DNA from: Megasphaera elsdenii DSM 20460
GTDB taxonomy: Bacteria > Bacillota > Negativicutes > Veillonellales > Megasphaeraceae
Reading direction: 5' to 3'
DNA: 32,000 bases
Assembly: GCF_003010495.1 (NCBI RefSeq)
Contig: NZ_CP027570.1
Location: forward strand, 2,250,001 to 2,282,000
Shown here: positions 7,341 to 15,757 of the stretch, one piece after another
Numbering within the stretch: the stretch's first letter is position 1
Layout: each line of letters starts with the position of its first letter
Notes under the pieces: generated by a model
Seen by the model: the letters and a program-made list of their open reading frames with translations, nothing else
Databases searched by the model: none
Told to the model about the DNA's origin: nothing
Made by a program: the position numbers and the translations under genes

Positions 7341-9038
7341 ATGCAGATTACCAGTGAGAAGCTCATCCATACGGATGTCCTCATCATCGGCGGCGGGACG
7401 GCCGGCTGTTATGCCGCTTTGACCCTCCGCAGCCTGTCTGACGCCTCGGTGGTCATCGCCGAAAAGGCCGATATCCGCCGCAGCGGCTGTCTGGCAGCCG
7501 GCGTCAACGCCTTGAATGCCTATATCACCAAGGGCCATACGCCGCAGTTCTACGTCGACTACGCCAAGAAAGACGCAGCCGGCATCGTCCGGGAAGACTT
7601 GCTCCTGACCATGTCCGAAGGCCTCAACGAAGTCACGAAGAAGCTGGAAGACCTGGGGCTGGTCATCTTGAAGGATGAACAGGGCGAATACGTCGCCCGC
7701 GGGACGCGCAACATCAAGATCAACGGCGAGAACATCAAGACCATCCTGGCCGACGCCGTCAAGAAACTCGATGATGTCCAAGTCATCAACCACTTGAACA
7801 TCACTGACTATATCGTCCGCGATGACACCATCGCCGGAGCCTTGGGCTTTGATATCCGCACGGGTACAGCCTATGAAATCCGGGCCAAAGCTGTCCTCTG
7901 TGCGACTGGCGGCGCTGCCGGCCTATATCGGCCCAACAATCCCGGCTTTTCCCGGCACAAGATGTGGTACTGTCCTTTCAATACGGGTGCTGGTTACGCC
8001 ATGGGCATCCGGGCCGGCGCCGAAATGACGACTTTTGAAATGCGATTCATCGCCCTGCGCTGCAAGGATACCATTGCACCGACCGGGACCATTGCCCAGG
8101 GCGTCGGTGCCAGGCAGATCAATGCCCGCGGCGAAGTGTACGAACAGAAATATGGCCTGACCACCTCTCAGCGGCTCTATGGCACGGTCCGGGAAACGCT
8201 GGACGGCAACGGTCCGTGTTATCTCGGCACAGAAGGCATTACGCCAGCCCAGGATGAATCGCTCCTCAAGGCCTATCTCAACATGGCACCGAGCCAGACC
8301 TTGAAATGGATCGAATCGGGCAAGCTGCCGAGCCAGCAGAACGTCGAAATCGAAGGGACTGAGCCCTATGTCGTCGGCGGCCATACGGCCAGCGGCTACT
8401 GGGTCGACACGAACCGCCAGACGACGATCCGCCACCTCTATGCAGCAGGTGACGTTGCCGGTGGCTGCCCGCAGAAATACGTCACCGGTGCCCTGGTCGA
8501 AGGGGAAATCGCCGCCAAAGACATGGTCCGCCAGGGCCTGACCGATGCGACGGGCCTCGATGAAGCCCAGGAAAAGGCCATCCTCGCCGAAAAAGTGGCT
8601 GAATACAACGCCGCCCTCGGCGAAAGGGACAGTTTCTTCACGGTCGAACAGCTGGAAGAAGCCATGCAGAAGGTCATGGACACCTATGCCGGCGGCATCG
8701 GCAGTCATTACCAGTACAACGAGAAGCAGCTCGACCTGGCCGATGAAAAGATCGACCAGCTCATGGAACTGGCAGCCCACGTCGGCGCCAGCGACTACCA
8801 TGAACTGCTCTTCGTCTACGAACTGCGCGAACGGCTGACGGTCTGCAAGGTCCTCATCGCCCATCTCCGGGCCCGCAAGGAAACGCGGTGGCATTCCTTT
8901 GCAGAAAACCTCGATTACCCGGAACAAAGCGATGACTGGCTGAAATACGTCAACTCCCGCTTGGGCGAAGACGGCCAGGTCCACATGATTTACCGCGATT
9001 TAGTACCAGGAGGGGACGTTTATGAGCATACGCATTAA
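7341..9038 (+). CDS. aprA: AprA-like FAD flavoprotein, putative assimilatory adenylylsulfate (APS) reductase alpha subunit
   Basis: N-terminal FAD fold DVLIIGGGTAGCYAA. Fumarate-reductase/AprA-type flavoprotein length (565 aa). Lies between cysA and cysD and is followed by an overlapping small ferredoxin. The function is inferred from context. Confidence 0.7.
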   Translation: MQITSEKLIHTDVLIIGGGTAGCYAALTLRSLSDASVVIAEKADIRRSGCLAAGVNALNAYITKGHTPQFYVDYAKKDAAGIVREDLLLTMSEGLNEVTKKLEDLGLVILKDEQGEYVARGTRNIKINGENIKTILADAVKKLDDVQVINHLNITDYIVRDDTIAGALGFDIRTGTAYEIRAKAVLCATGGAAGLYRPNNPGFSRHKMWYCPFNTGAGYAMGIRAGAEMTTFEMRFIALRCKDTIAPTGTIAQGVGARQINARGEVYEQKYGLTTSQRLYGTVRETLDGNGPCYLGTEGITPAQDESLLKAYLNMAPSQTLKWIESGKLPSQQNVEIEGTEPYVVGGHTASGYWVDTNRQTTIRHLYAAGDVAGGCPQKYVTGALVEGEIAAKDMVRQGLTDATGLDEAQEKAILAEKVAEYNAALGERDSFFTVEQLEEAMQKVMDTYAGGIGSHYQYNEKQLDLADEKIDQLMELAAHVGASDYHELLFVYELRERLTVCKVLIAHLRARKETRWHSFAENLDYPEQSDDWLKYVNSRLGEDGQVHMIYRDLVPGGDVYEHTH

Positions 9039-9336
9039 TCAGGAACGATGCATCGGCTGTGGCCAGTGCATCGACGTCTGCCCGGGCAGCCTCATCGACC
9101 GCAACGACCAGGGCAAGGCGTGGATGCATTATCCCAAGGACTGTTGGGGCTGTGTGTCCTGCGTCAAGGAATGTCCGGTCCAGGCCATCGACTTCTACCT
9201 CGGCGCCGACATGGGTGGCCGGGGCAGCACGATGAACGTCACGGCGGACGGCCATTACCTGCATTGGCATATCCATCAGGCCGACGGGACGGAAAAGACC
9301 ATCACTGTCGACCGAAAACAGGCAAATTCGTATTGA
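9022..9336 (+). CDS. aprB: AprB-like 2x[4Fe-4S] ferredoxin subunit
   Basis: CIGCGQCIDVCP and CWGCVSCVKECP cluster motifs. Overlaps aprA by 17 nt. GGAGGGG RBS at 9010-9016. Confidence 0.65.
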   Translation: MSIRINQERCIGCGQCIDVCPGSLIDRNDQGKAWMHYPKDCWGCVSCVKECPVQAIDFYLGADMGGRGSTMNVTADGHYLHWHIHQADGTEKTITVDRKQANSY

Positions 9337-9374
9337 GTCTGATAGGGAAAACGCCAGTATTCAGTATATTTCTT

Positions 9375-9456
9375 ATTTGTCGTTTGATGTTTGACGTTTG
9401 AAGTTTGACGCATAGACGCACATCAAACATCATACATCAAACATCACACATCAAAA
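9375..9456. repeat. inverted arrays of TGA-containing heptamers forming a long imperfect hairpin (aprB-cysD junction)
   Basis: Left arm atttgtc gtttgat gtttgac gtttgaa gtttgac at 9375-9409. Core GCATAGACGCA. Right arm catcaaa catcata catcaaa catcaca catcaaa at 9421-9455. The arms are about 80% complementary and no T-run follows. Confidence 0.7.
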
Positions 9457-9474
9457 CATAGGGGGATTCATATT

Positions 9475-10374
9475 ATGTGTGCATTATCGCATCTCGACAA
9501 GTTAGAGGCCGAAGCGATTTACATCATCCGCGAAGTTGCCGCGGAATGTGAAAAGCCGGTCATGCTCTATTCTATCGGCAAGGACAGTTCTGTCATGCTT
9601 CACCTGGCCCTCAAGGCCTTTTATCCGGAAAAGCCGCCTTTCCCGTTCCTCCATGTCAATACGACGTGGAAGTTCAAAGAAATGATCCGCTTCCGCGATG
9701 AAACCATGAAGAAATATGGTCTGCAGCTCATTGAATACATCAATCAGGAAGGGGTCAAACAGGGCGTCAATCCCTTTGACTATGGCGCAGCCTATACGGA
9801 TATCATGAAGACCCAGGCCCTCAAGCAGGCGCTCAACAAATACGGCTTCACCGCTGCTTTTGGCGGTGGCCGCCGGGACGAAGAAAAATCCCGCGCCAAA
9901 GAACGTATCTTTTCCTTCCGCAATGAAGCCCAGGCCTGGGACCCGAAGAACCAGCGCCCGGAAATGTGGAAGCTCTACAATACGCACATCCATAAAGGCG
10001 AAAGCATGCGCGTATTCCCGATTTCCAACTGGACGGAAAAAGATATCTGGCAGTATATCAAACGGGAAAACATCGACATCGTGTCCTTGTATTTCGCCAA
10101 AGAACGGCCCTGCGTCTATCGCGATGGCAACATCATCATGGTCGACGACGACCGCATGCGCCTCAAGCCGGGAGAAGAAATCATGCACAAGAAGATCCGC
10201 TTCCGTACTTTGGGATGCTATCCTTTGACAGGGGGCATCGAATCCGATGCCGATACGCTGGATGCCATCATCGATGAAACACTGAGCGCCGTCTCGTCGG
10301 AACGGACGAGCCGCGTCATCGATAATGAAGCAGCCGGCAGCATGGAACGCAGAAAGAGAGAGGGGTATTTCTAA
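9475..10374 (+). CDS. cysD: sulfate adenylyltransferase subunit 2
   Basis: [19 protein letters not shown]-reductase/ATP-sulfurylase fold motif [14 protein letters not shown], and C-terminal [10 protein letters not shown], as in CysD. Confidence 0.92.
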   Translation: MCALSHLDKLEAEAIYIIREVAAECEKPVMLYSIGKDSSVMLHLALKAFYPEKPPFPFLHVNTTWKFKEMIRFRDETMKKYGLQLIEYINQEGVKQGVNPFDYGAAYTDIMKTQALKQALNKYGFTAAFGGGRRDEEKSRAKERIFSFRNEAQAWDPKNQRPEMWKLYNTHIHKGESMRVFPISNWTEKDIWQYIKRENIDIVSLYFAKERPCVYRDGNIIMVDDDRMRLKPGEEIMHKKIRFRTLGCYPLTGGIESDADTLDAIIDETLSAVSSERTSRVIDNEAAGSMERRKREGYF

Positions 10375-10375
10375 A

Positions 10376-12070
10376 ATGGATAGAAACGGAAACGGCTTGT
10401 TAAAATTTATTACCTGCGGCAGCGTCGACGACGGCAAATCGACACTCATCGGGCATCTGCTCTATGATGCCAAATTGCTTTATGCCGACCAGAAGAAAGC
10501 ACTGGAACTGGAAAGCAAAGTCGGCAGCCGCGGCGGCGCCATCGACTATTCGCTCCTCCTGGATGGCCTCATGGCCGAACGGGAACAGGGCATCACCATC
10601 GACGTCGCCTATCGCTATTTCAGCACGGATAACCGCAGCTTCATCGTCGCCGACACACCGGGCCATGAAGAATATACTCGCAACATGGCTGTCGGCGCTT
10701 CCTTTGCCGACTTGGCCATTATCCTCATCGACGCCACCAAGGGCGTCCTGGTCCAGACCCGCCGCCATGCCCGCATCTGCGCCCTCATGGGGATCCGCTA
10801 TTTCATCTTCGCCATCAATAAGATGGACCTGGCCGACTACAGCCAGGAACGCTTTGAAGAAATCAAGGGACAGATCGCCAAGCTCCGCGACGAATTAGAA
10901 CTGGCCAACGTCGTCCTCATTCCTGTTTCGGCGACGGAAGGGGACAACGTCACCAAGGCTTCGACCAATATGCCTTGGTACCAGGGACCGACGATTCTCG
11001 ATTATTTGGAAACGGTCAACGTTGAAGAAGACAAAGAAGAAGGCTTCTACCTGCCCATCCAGCGCGTCTGCCGCCCGAATCATACTTTCCGCGGTTTCCA
11101 GGGCCAGATTGAAAGTGGGTCCTTAGCTGTTGGCGATACGATTACAACGTTGCCCAGCAAAGAAGAAGCTAAGGTCAAATCCATCCTCATCGGCTTCGAT
11201 ACCGTCGAGTCGGCCGTCAAAGGCCAGCCGGTCAACGTCCAGCTCGACCGCGAAGTCGACGTATCCCGGGGCTGTGTCTTCACCAAGGGAACGGACGTCG
11301 CCCTGAGCCAGCGCATTACGGCGACCATGCTCTGGATGGATGACCAGGACCTGGCTGTCGGCAAGGAATATGTCGTCAAATTGGGGACGAAAGAAATCGT
11401 CGGCGTCCTCAGCGACATCGATTACACCATCGACGTCAATACAGGGGAAAAGAAGCGCGCTTCGAGCCTTACGAAGAACGAAATCGCCGTCTGCACGCTC
11501 TTCCTGCAGGAACCGATTGTCGTCGATACTTTCAGCCATCACAAGGTCCTGGGCGAACTCATCCTCATCGACCGCGTCACCAACATGACTTCGGCTTGCG
11601 GCGTCGTCATCGACGTCAACGATACCAACGCCGACCACACCTTCGTCCATGGCTCCTTGAAGGCCCGCGGCGATGTCTTTGAAGATTTCTTCTACGGTAT
11701 GCAGAGTCTCAATATCACCAAGGCTAAACCGGCCTTCCACCAGTACCACATCGGTGATACCATCCCGACCAAGGGCGAAACCTACGCATATCCGGATAAC
11801 TTCGATATCCTTATCCTCCGCGACAAGATTGCCGTCGAAATCCGCGACGCTAAAGTGGCTAACATCCTGTCCCTTGATGGCTATGCCTATACGGAACAGC
11901 CCCTGGTCAATGGCCGCGGTTTTGCCATTAACGTTCACTCGCCACAGGAATTCGCTGCTTTTAAAGCGGATTATACCAAGGCCGGGGAAAATTCCGATGC
12001 CGAACTTTTCGACAAATGGATGACCTTTGAAACATATCGCAAGATTAAATTCCACAACGATTTTGAATAA
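10376..12070 (+). CDS. cysN: sulfate adenylyltransferase subunit 1 (GTPase) with a ~150-aa uncharacterised C-terminal extension
   Basis: LLKFITCGSVDDGKSTLIGHLLYD (G1), DTPGHEEY (G3), NKMD (G4). ATG 10376 lies 1 nt after the cysD stop. No APS-kinase P-loop is seen in the tail. Confidence 0.9.
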   Translation: MDRNGNGLLKFITCGSVDDGKSTLIGHLLYDAKLLYADQKKALELESKVGSRGGAIDYSLLLDGLMAEREQGITIDVAYRYFSTDNRSFIVADTPGHEEYTRNMAVGASFADLAIILIDATKGVLVQTRRHARICALMGIRYFIFAINKMDLADYSQERFEEIKGQIAKLRDELELANVVLIPVSATEGDNVTKASTNMPWYQGPTILDYLETVNVEEDKEEGFYLPIQRVCRPNHTFRGFQGQIESGSLAVGDTITTLPSKEEAKVKSILIGFDTVESAVKGQPVNVQLDREVDVSRGCVFTKGTDVALSQRITATMLWMDDQDLAVGKEYVVKLGTKEIVGVLSDIDYTIDVNTGEKKRASSLTKNEIAVCTLFLQEPIVVDTFSHHKVLGELILIDRVTNMTSACGVVIDVNDTNADHTFVHGSLKARGDVFEDFFYGMQSLNITKAKPAFHQYHIGDTIPTKGETYAYPDNFDILILRDKIAVEIRDAKVANILSLDGYAYTEQPLVNGRGFAINVHSPQEFAAFKADYTKAGENSDAELFDKWMTFETYRKIKFHNDFE

Positions 12071-12085
12071 TGGCTATTTAGAAAA

Positions 12086-12120
12086 GGGGCTGTCTTCAGT
12101 GAGACGACAGCCTCTTTTCT
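12086..12120 (+). terminator. intrinsic terminator after cysN
   Basis: Stem GGGGCTGTCTTC / GACGACAGCCTC (11 of 12 positions paired, including one G-U) followed by TTTT. Confidence 0.7.
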
Positions 12121-12245
12121 GTATGCAAAAATAGCATGGATTACCTGTAATAAGTTACAGTGTCATAAAAGAACATTTTATATATAATAAAAACAAAGAA
12201 AGGCCTTCCCATTTGTGAATTATATGTGGAGAGAGGTGAGGCAAT

Positions 12246-12632
12246 ATGACCTGGAAAAAAATAAGGCCGCGATTAAGTCTTCTAATAGTTGCCGTTCTCA
12301 TGCTTTGTGTCATGCTCACAGGCTGTATGTCCGATAAGTATGCCAATAGTGAATATGTCGGCACGTGGAAGGCGACGAAAGCTTCTATGAGCGGTGTCAG
12401 TCTCGATGTCAATAAAGTCATTGGTAGTTTTGTCCTTGAATTAGAAGCCGACGGCGACGCCAAGGCGGTTATCAAAGGCGAAAAGAGCAGCGGCGACTGG
12501 GAAGAAGTGGAAAACGGCTTTAAACTCAAGGATTCCCAAGATGAAATGGCTTTTACGAAAGTCAAAAAAGGCATAGTCAAGACCGAATATTCCGGCATGG
12601 TCATTCTTTTTGAAAAACAAGCTTCCAAATAG
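12246..12632 (+). CDS. small hypothetical lipoprotein
   Basis: Signal peptide with lipobox LTGC (MLCVMLTGCMSDK). GAGAGGTGAGG RBS upstream. Has its own terminator. No recognisable family. Confidence 0.6.
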   Translation: MTWKKIRPRLSLLIVAVLMLCVMLTGCMSDKYANSEYVGTWKATKASMSGVSLDVNKVIGSFVLELEADGDAKAVIKGEKSSGDWEEVENGFKLKDSQDEMAFTKVKKGIVKTEYSGMVILFEKQASK

Positions 12633-12704
12633 TATGACACATTTAGATTCCTCAACGATAACGATTTTAGATGATAAAAAAGTATAGCATTTAGAAGAAT
12701 TTAG

Positions 12705-12736
12705 AAAAAACTGTTGCTACGGCAACAGTTTTTTTC
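12705..12736. terminator. intrinsic terminator (A-run / hairpin / T-run)
   Basis: AAAAAA then CTGTTGC, TACG loop, GCAACAG, then TTTTTTT. Confidence 0.8.
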
Positions 12737-12858
12737 TTTCCCGACTGTTATCATAAAGTCAACGAGGCGGCTTATGATGTCGTCACGGTGTATGTGAAAA
12801 AAATAATTTGTTCATCCATTATATTTGTCATTTATTTCTTTAGAAAGAGGGTAACAGC

Positions 12859-13878
12859 ATGGGCTATCAATTAAATGCAGATGCATTGAACACGGTCTTT
12901 GCCAAATGGTCGGATACGTATGACATTTACGCTCCGAAACTGTTTGCAGGTACAGGGCGGTCTTCGATGCAGGATATCGTACGCTATGGCAAGATCACCA
13001 AGCCGGAAGAAATCGTTTGGGACAAACGATCCGACTACTCGGCAAAAGACGTTTTGCTGCCGGTTTGCCAGACCTTGTTCTATTTCAATGAAAATACCGT
13101 CACCGAAGCCGAAGCTCCGGAAAAAGGCGCCATCATCTTGCTGCGCAGCTGCGATTTGCACGCCATCAAGCGCTTCGATTACATGTATCTCCAGAATGGT
13201 CCCGAAGACTATTACTACAAACGCGTCCGCGACCGCGTCAAATTCGTCCTCATGGGCTGCAGCCAGGAATTTGAAAACTGCTTCTGCGTTTCCATGGGCA
13301 CCAATACCAGTGATAACTACGATGTCGCCTTGAATTTCAAAGACGGCCAGTATTTCCTCGATGTCAAAGATGACGTCCTGGGAAAAGCCGTTACAGAAGC
13401 CAAGGCTCCGGAAGCCGACGTCGTCCCCGACCATGTGACCGAAAACAAACTGCAGGTACATATTCCGGAAAACCTCTCGTCGGCCATCGCCAAATCCCAC
13501 GTCTGGGATGAATACGACAAGCGCTGCATCAAATGCGGCCGCTGCACCCTGGCTTGTCCGACCTGCACCTGCTGGTCCATGCAGGACGTATTCTTCACGG
13601 AAGACCATAAAGCCGGCGAACGCCGCCGCGTGCAGACATCCTGTATGTTCGACGATTATACCCTGGTAGCCGGCGGCCTTTGCTTCCGCAAGAAGGCTGG
13701 CGAACGGATGCGCTTCAAAGTGCTCCATAAGACGCTGGAATTTAAACAGCGCTCCGGTTTCCAGATGTGCGTGGGCTGCGGCCGTTGTGATGCCATCTGT
13801 CCGGAATACATTTCGCTCAGCCATTGCATCAATGTCAAATTGCCGGAAGGCATGAAGGAGGTCACCGAGAATGAATAA
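12859..13878 (+). CDS. asrA: anaerobic sulfite reductase subunit A
   Basis: 339 aa with two ferredoxin-type clusters (CIKCGRCTLACPTCTC and CVGCGRCDAICP). Followed by asrB- and asrC-like genes. Confidence 0.88.
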   Translation: MGYQLNADALNTVFAKWSDTYDIYAPKLFAGTGRSSMQDIVRYGKITKPEEIVWDKRSDYSAKDVLLPVCQTLFYFNENTVTEAEAPEKGAIILLRSCDLHAIKRFDYMYLQNGPEDYYYKRVRDRVKFVLMGCSQEFENCFCVSMGTNTSDNYDVALNFKDGQYFLDVKDDVLGKAVTEAKAPEADVVPDHVTENKLQVHIPENLSSAIAKSHVWDEYDKRCIKCGRCTLACPTCTCWSMQDVFFTEDHKAGERRRVQTSCMFDDYTLVAGGLCFRKKAGERMRFKVLHKTLEFKQRSGFQMCVGCGRCDAICPEYISLSHCINVKLPEGMKEVTENE

Positions 13879-14683
13879 CGAATACTTACCGTTCCGTTCG
13901 GAAATCTTAGAAGTCATTAAACATGCCGATGTGGAATATACTTTCCGGATGGCCTATGACCGTGGCAAAGAACATCCGGTCAAACCGGGCCAGTTCTTTG
14001 AAATCTCTATCCCGAAATACGGCGAAGCTCCCATTTCTGTCAGCGGCATTACCGACCATTCCCTGGATTTCACCATCCGTAAAGTCGGCAGCCTGACCGA
14101 TGAAATCTTTGAAAACTATGTCGGCGGCCACTTCTTCATGCGCGGGCCTTATGGCAATGGCTTCGACGTCAACATGTTCAAAGGCAAGGAAATCGTCCTG
14201 GTCACCGGTGGTTCCGGCTTATCTCCGGTCCACGGCGTCATCGACTACTTCGCCGACCACATGGACGAATGTAAGAGCCTGACTGTCATTTCCGGCTTCA
14301 AATCGCCGGCGGACATCCTCTTCAAAGAAGACCTCAAACGCTGGATTGCCGACGGCATGAACTTCATCTGCACGGTCGACAAGGCTCCGGAAGAAGGAAA
14401 TTATGACGGCCATGTCGGCTTGGTCACCCAGTACATCCCGGAACTGCCCCTCAAAGACTTCGACAACGCCATCGCCGTCGTCGTCGGTCCGCCGATGATG
14501 ATCAAATTCTCCATCCAGGAATTGATCAAACTCGGTTTCGATGAAGAAAAGATCTGGCTCTCTGAATCGCGCAAAATGTGCTGCGGCCTCGGCAAATGTG
14601 GTCACTGCCGTATTGGCAAAGTCTACGTCTGCCAGGACGGGCCGGTATTCAAATACACCGAACTTCGTACCTTAATCGACTAG
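13871..14683 (+). CDS. asrB: anaerobic sulfite reductase subunit B (FAD/NAD-binding, 2Fe-2S)
   Basis: Ferredoxin-reductase-type fold (GQFFEISIP, VTGGSGLSP) and C-terminal CCGLGKCGHCRIG cluster. Overlaps asrA by 8 nt. Confidence 0.88.
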   Translation: MNNEYLPFRSEILEVIKHADVEYTFRMAYDRGKEHPVKPGQFFEISIPKYGEAPISVSGITDHSLDFTIRKVGSLTDEIFENYVGGHFFMRGPYGNGFDVNMFKGKEIVLVTGGSGLSPVHGVIDYFADHMDECKSLTVISGFKSPADILFKEDLKRWIADGMNFICTVDKAPEEGNYDGHVGLVTQYIPELPLKDFDNAIAVVVGPPMMIKFSIQELIKLGFDEEKIWLSESRKMCCGLGKCGHCRIGKVYVCQDGPVFKYTELRTLID

Positions 14684-14697
14684 GAGGCTGATACATT

Positions 14698-15747
14698 ATG
14701 GAAATGAATTGCGGCAAGTTAAAAAAATACGCTTTCCGAGTAACGAAAAATCGCAATATGGCTTCCGCCCGTGTCCGTGTACCCGGTGGGTCCCTGAATG
14801 CCAAGGTCCTGGGCCAGGTCCAGCATATTGCAGAAACATATGGCAATGGCGAAATCCATCTGACCATCCGTCAGGGCTTTGAAATCATGGGGATTCCCTT
14901 TGAAAAAGTAGAAGAAGTAAAGAAGGCCCTGCAGCCGATCATTGATGAACTCGACATCAATCAGAGCGAAAAAGGCGCTGGTTTTGAAGCTTCGGGCACA
15001 CGAAATGTCATGGCCTGTGTCGGCAACCGCGTCTGCCCCTTCGGCAACTACGATACGACGGCCCTGGCTAAACGGATTGAAAAGGCTATTTTCCCGAATG
15101 ACCTGCACGTCAAAGTAGCCCTGACCGGCTGTCCTAATGACTGCGACAAGATTCGCATGCACGACTTTGGCGTCATGGGCATGACAGAACCCCAGTTCGA
15201 CCCCAGCCGCTGCGTCAGCTGCGGCATGTGCGTCCGCAAGTGCAAACAGCTTTCGGTAGAAGCCTTGCAGATGAAGAACTTCCGCCCGGTCCGCAACGTC
15301 GAAAAATGCATCGGCTGCGGCGTCTGTGTCTGGGCCTGCCCGAACCGTGCCTGGACGCGAAGCAAGGAACAGTATTTCCGCATCACCCTCTTGGGCCGTA
15401 CGGGCAAAAAGAACCCGCGTATGGGCGTCGATTTTATTAAATGGGCCGATGAAGACAGCGTCGTAAAGATTATCTCCAACGTCTATGCTTTTGCCAAGAA
15501 ATATATTGACCCGACCGCTCCTGGCGGAAAGGAACATATCGGCTACATGGTAGACCGTACGGGTCCGGAAGAATTTATCAAGTTCATCCTCCAAGACGTC
15601 CACCTGCCGAAGAAGGCGGAAATCTATCGTCCTCTCAACTGGTCCGGTATCCGCTACGTCGGCTTGAAATCGGAACCGTTCTACGTCGGCAAAGACGTAA
15701 ACCCGGCCGATTTGGATGTATTCCAGAAGCCGTTGCCGCTGAAATAG
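14698..15747 (+). CDS. asrC: anaerobic sulfite reductase subunit C (siroheme / 4Fe-4S)
   Basis: Nitrite/sulfite-reductase-type cysteines (GCPNDC) plus an inserted ferredoxin domain (CVSCGMCVRKC and CIGCGVCVWACP). Confidence 0.88.
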   Translation: MEMNCGKLKKYAFRVTKNRNMASARVRVPGGSLNAKVLGQVQHIAETYGNGEIHLTIRQGFEIMGIPFEKVEEVKKALQPIIDELDINQSEKGAGFEASGTRNVMACVGNRVCPFGNYDTTALAKRIEKAIFPNDLHVKVALTGCPNDCDKIRMHDFGVMGMTEPQFDPSRCVSCGMCVRKCKQLSVEALQMKNFRPVRNVEKCIGCGVCVWACPNRAWTRSKEQYFRITLLGRTGKKNPRMGVDFIKWADEDSVVKIISNVYAFAKKYIDPTAPGGKEHIGYMVDRTGPEEFIKFILQDVHLPKKAEIYRPLNWSGIRYVGLKSEPFYVGKDVNPADLDVFQKPLPLK

Positions 15748-15757
15748 GGAGGAGCCT

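Noticed and set aside
10325-10375. Upstream start for cysN overlapping the cysD 3' end.
   Set aside because: ATG 10376 directly follows the cysD stop and gives the canonical CysN N-terminus. The extension has no RBS.
12630-12705. TAG-rich stretch after the lipoprotein gene (TAG at 12630, 12644, 12668, 12685, 12692 and 12702).
   Set aside because: The spacing is irregular (14, 24, 17, 7 and 10 nt) and there is no repeated word. It is AT-rich spacer and not a convincing member of the heptad family.
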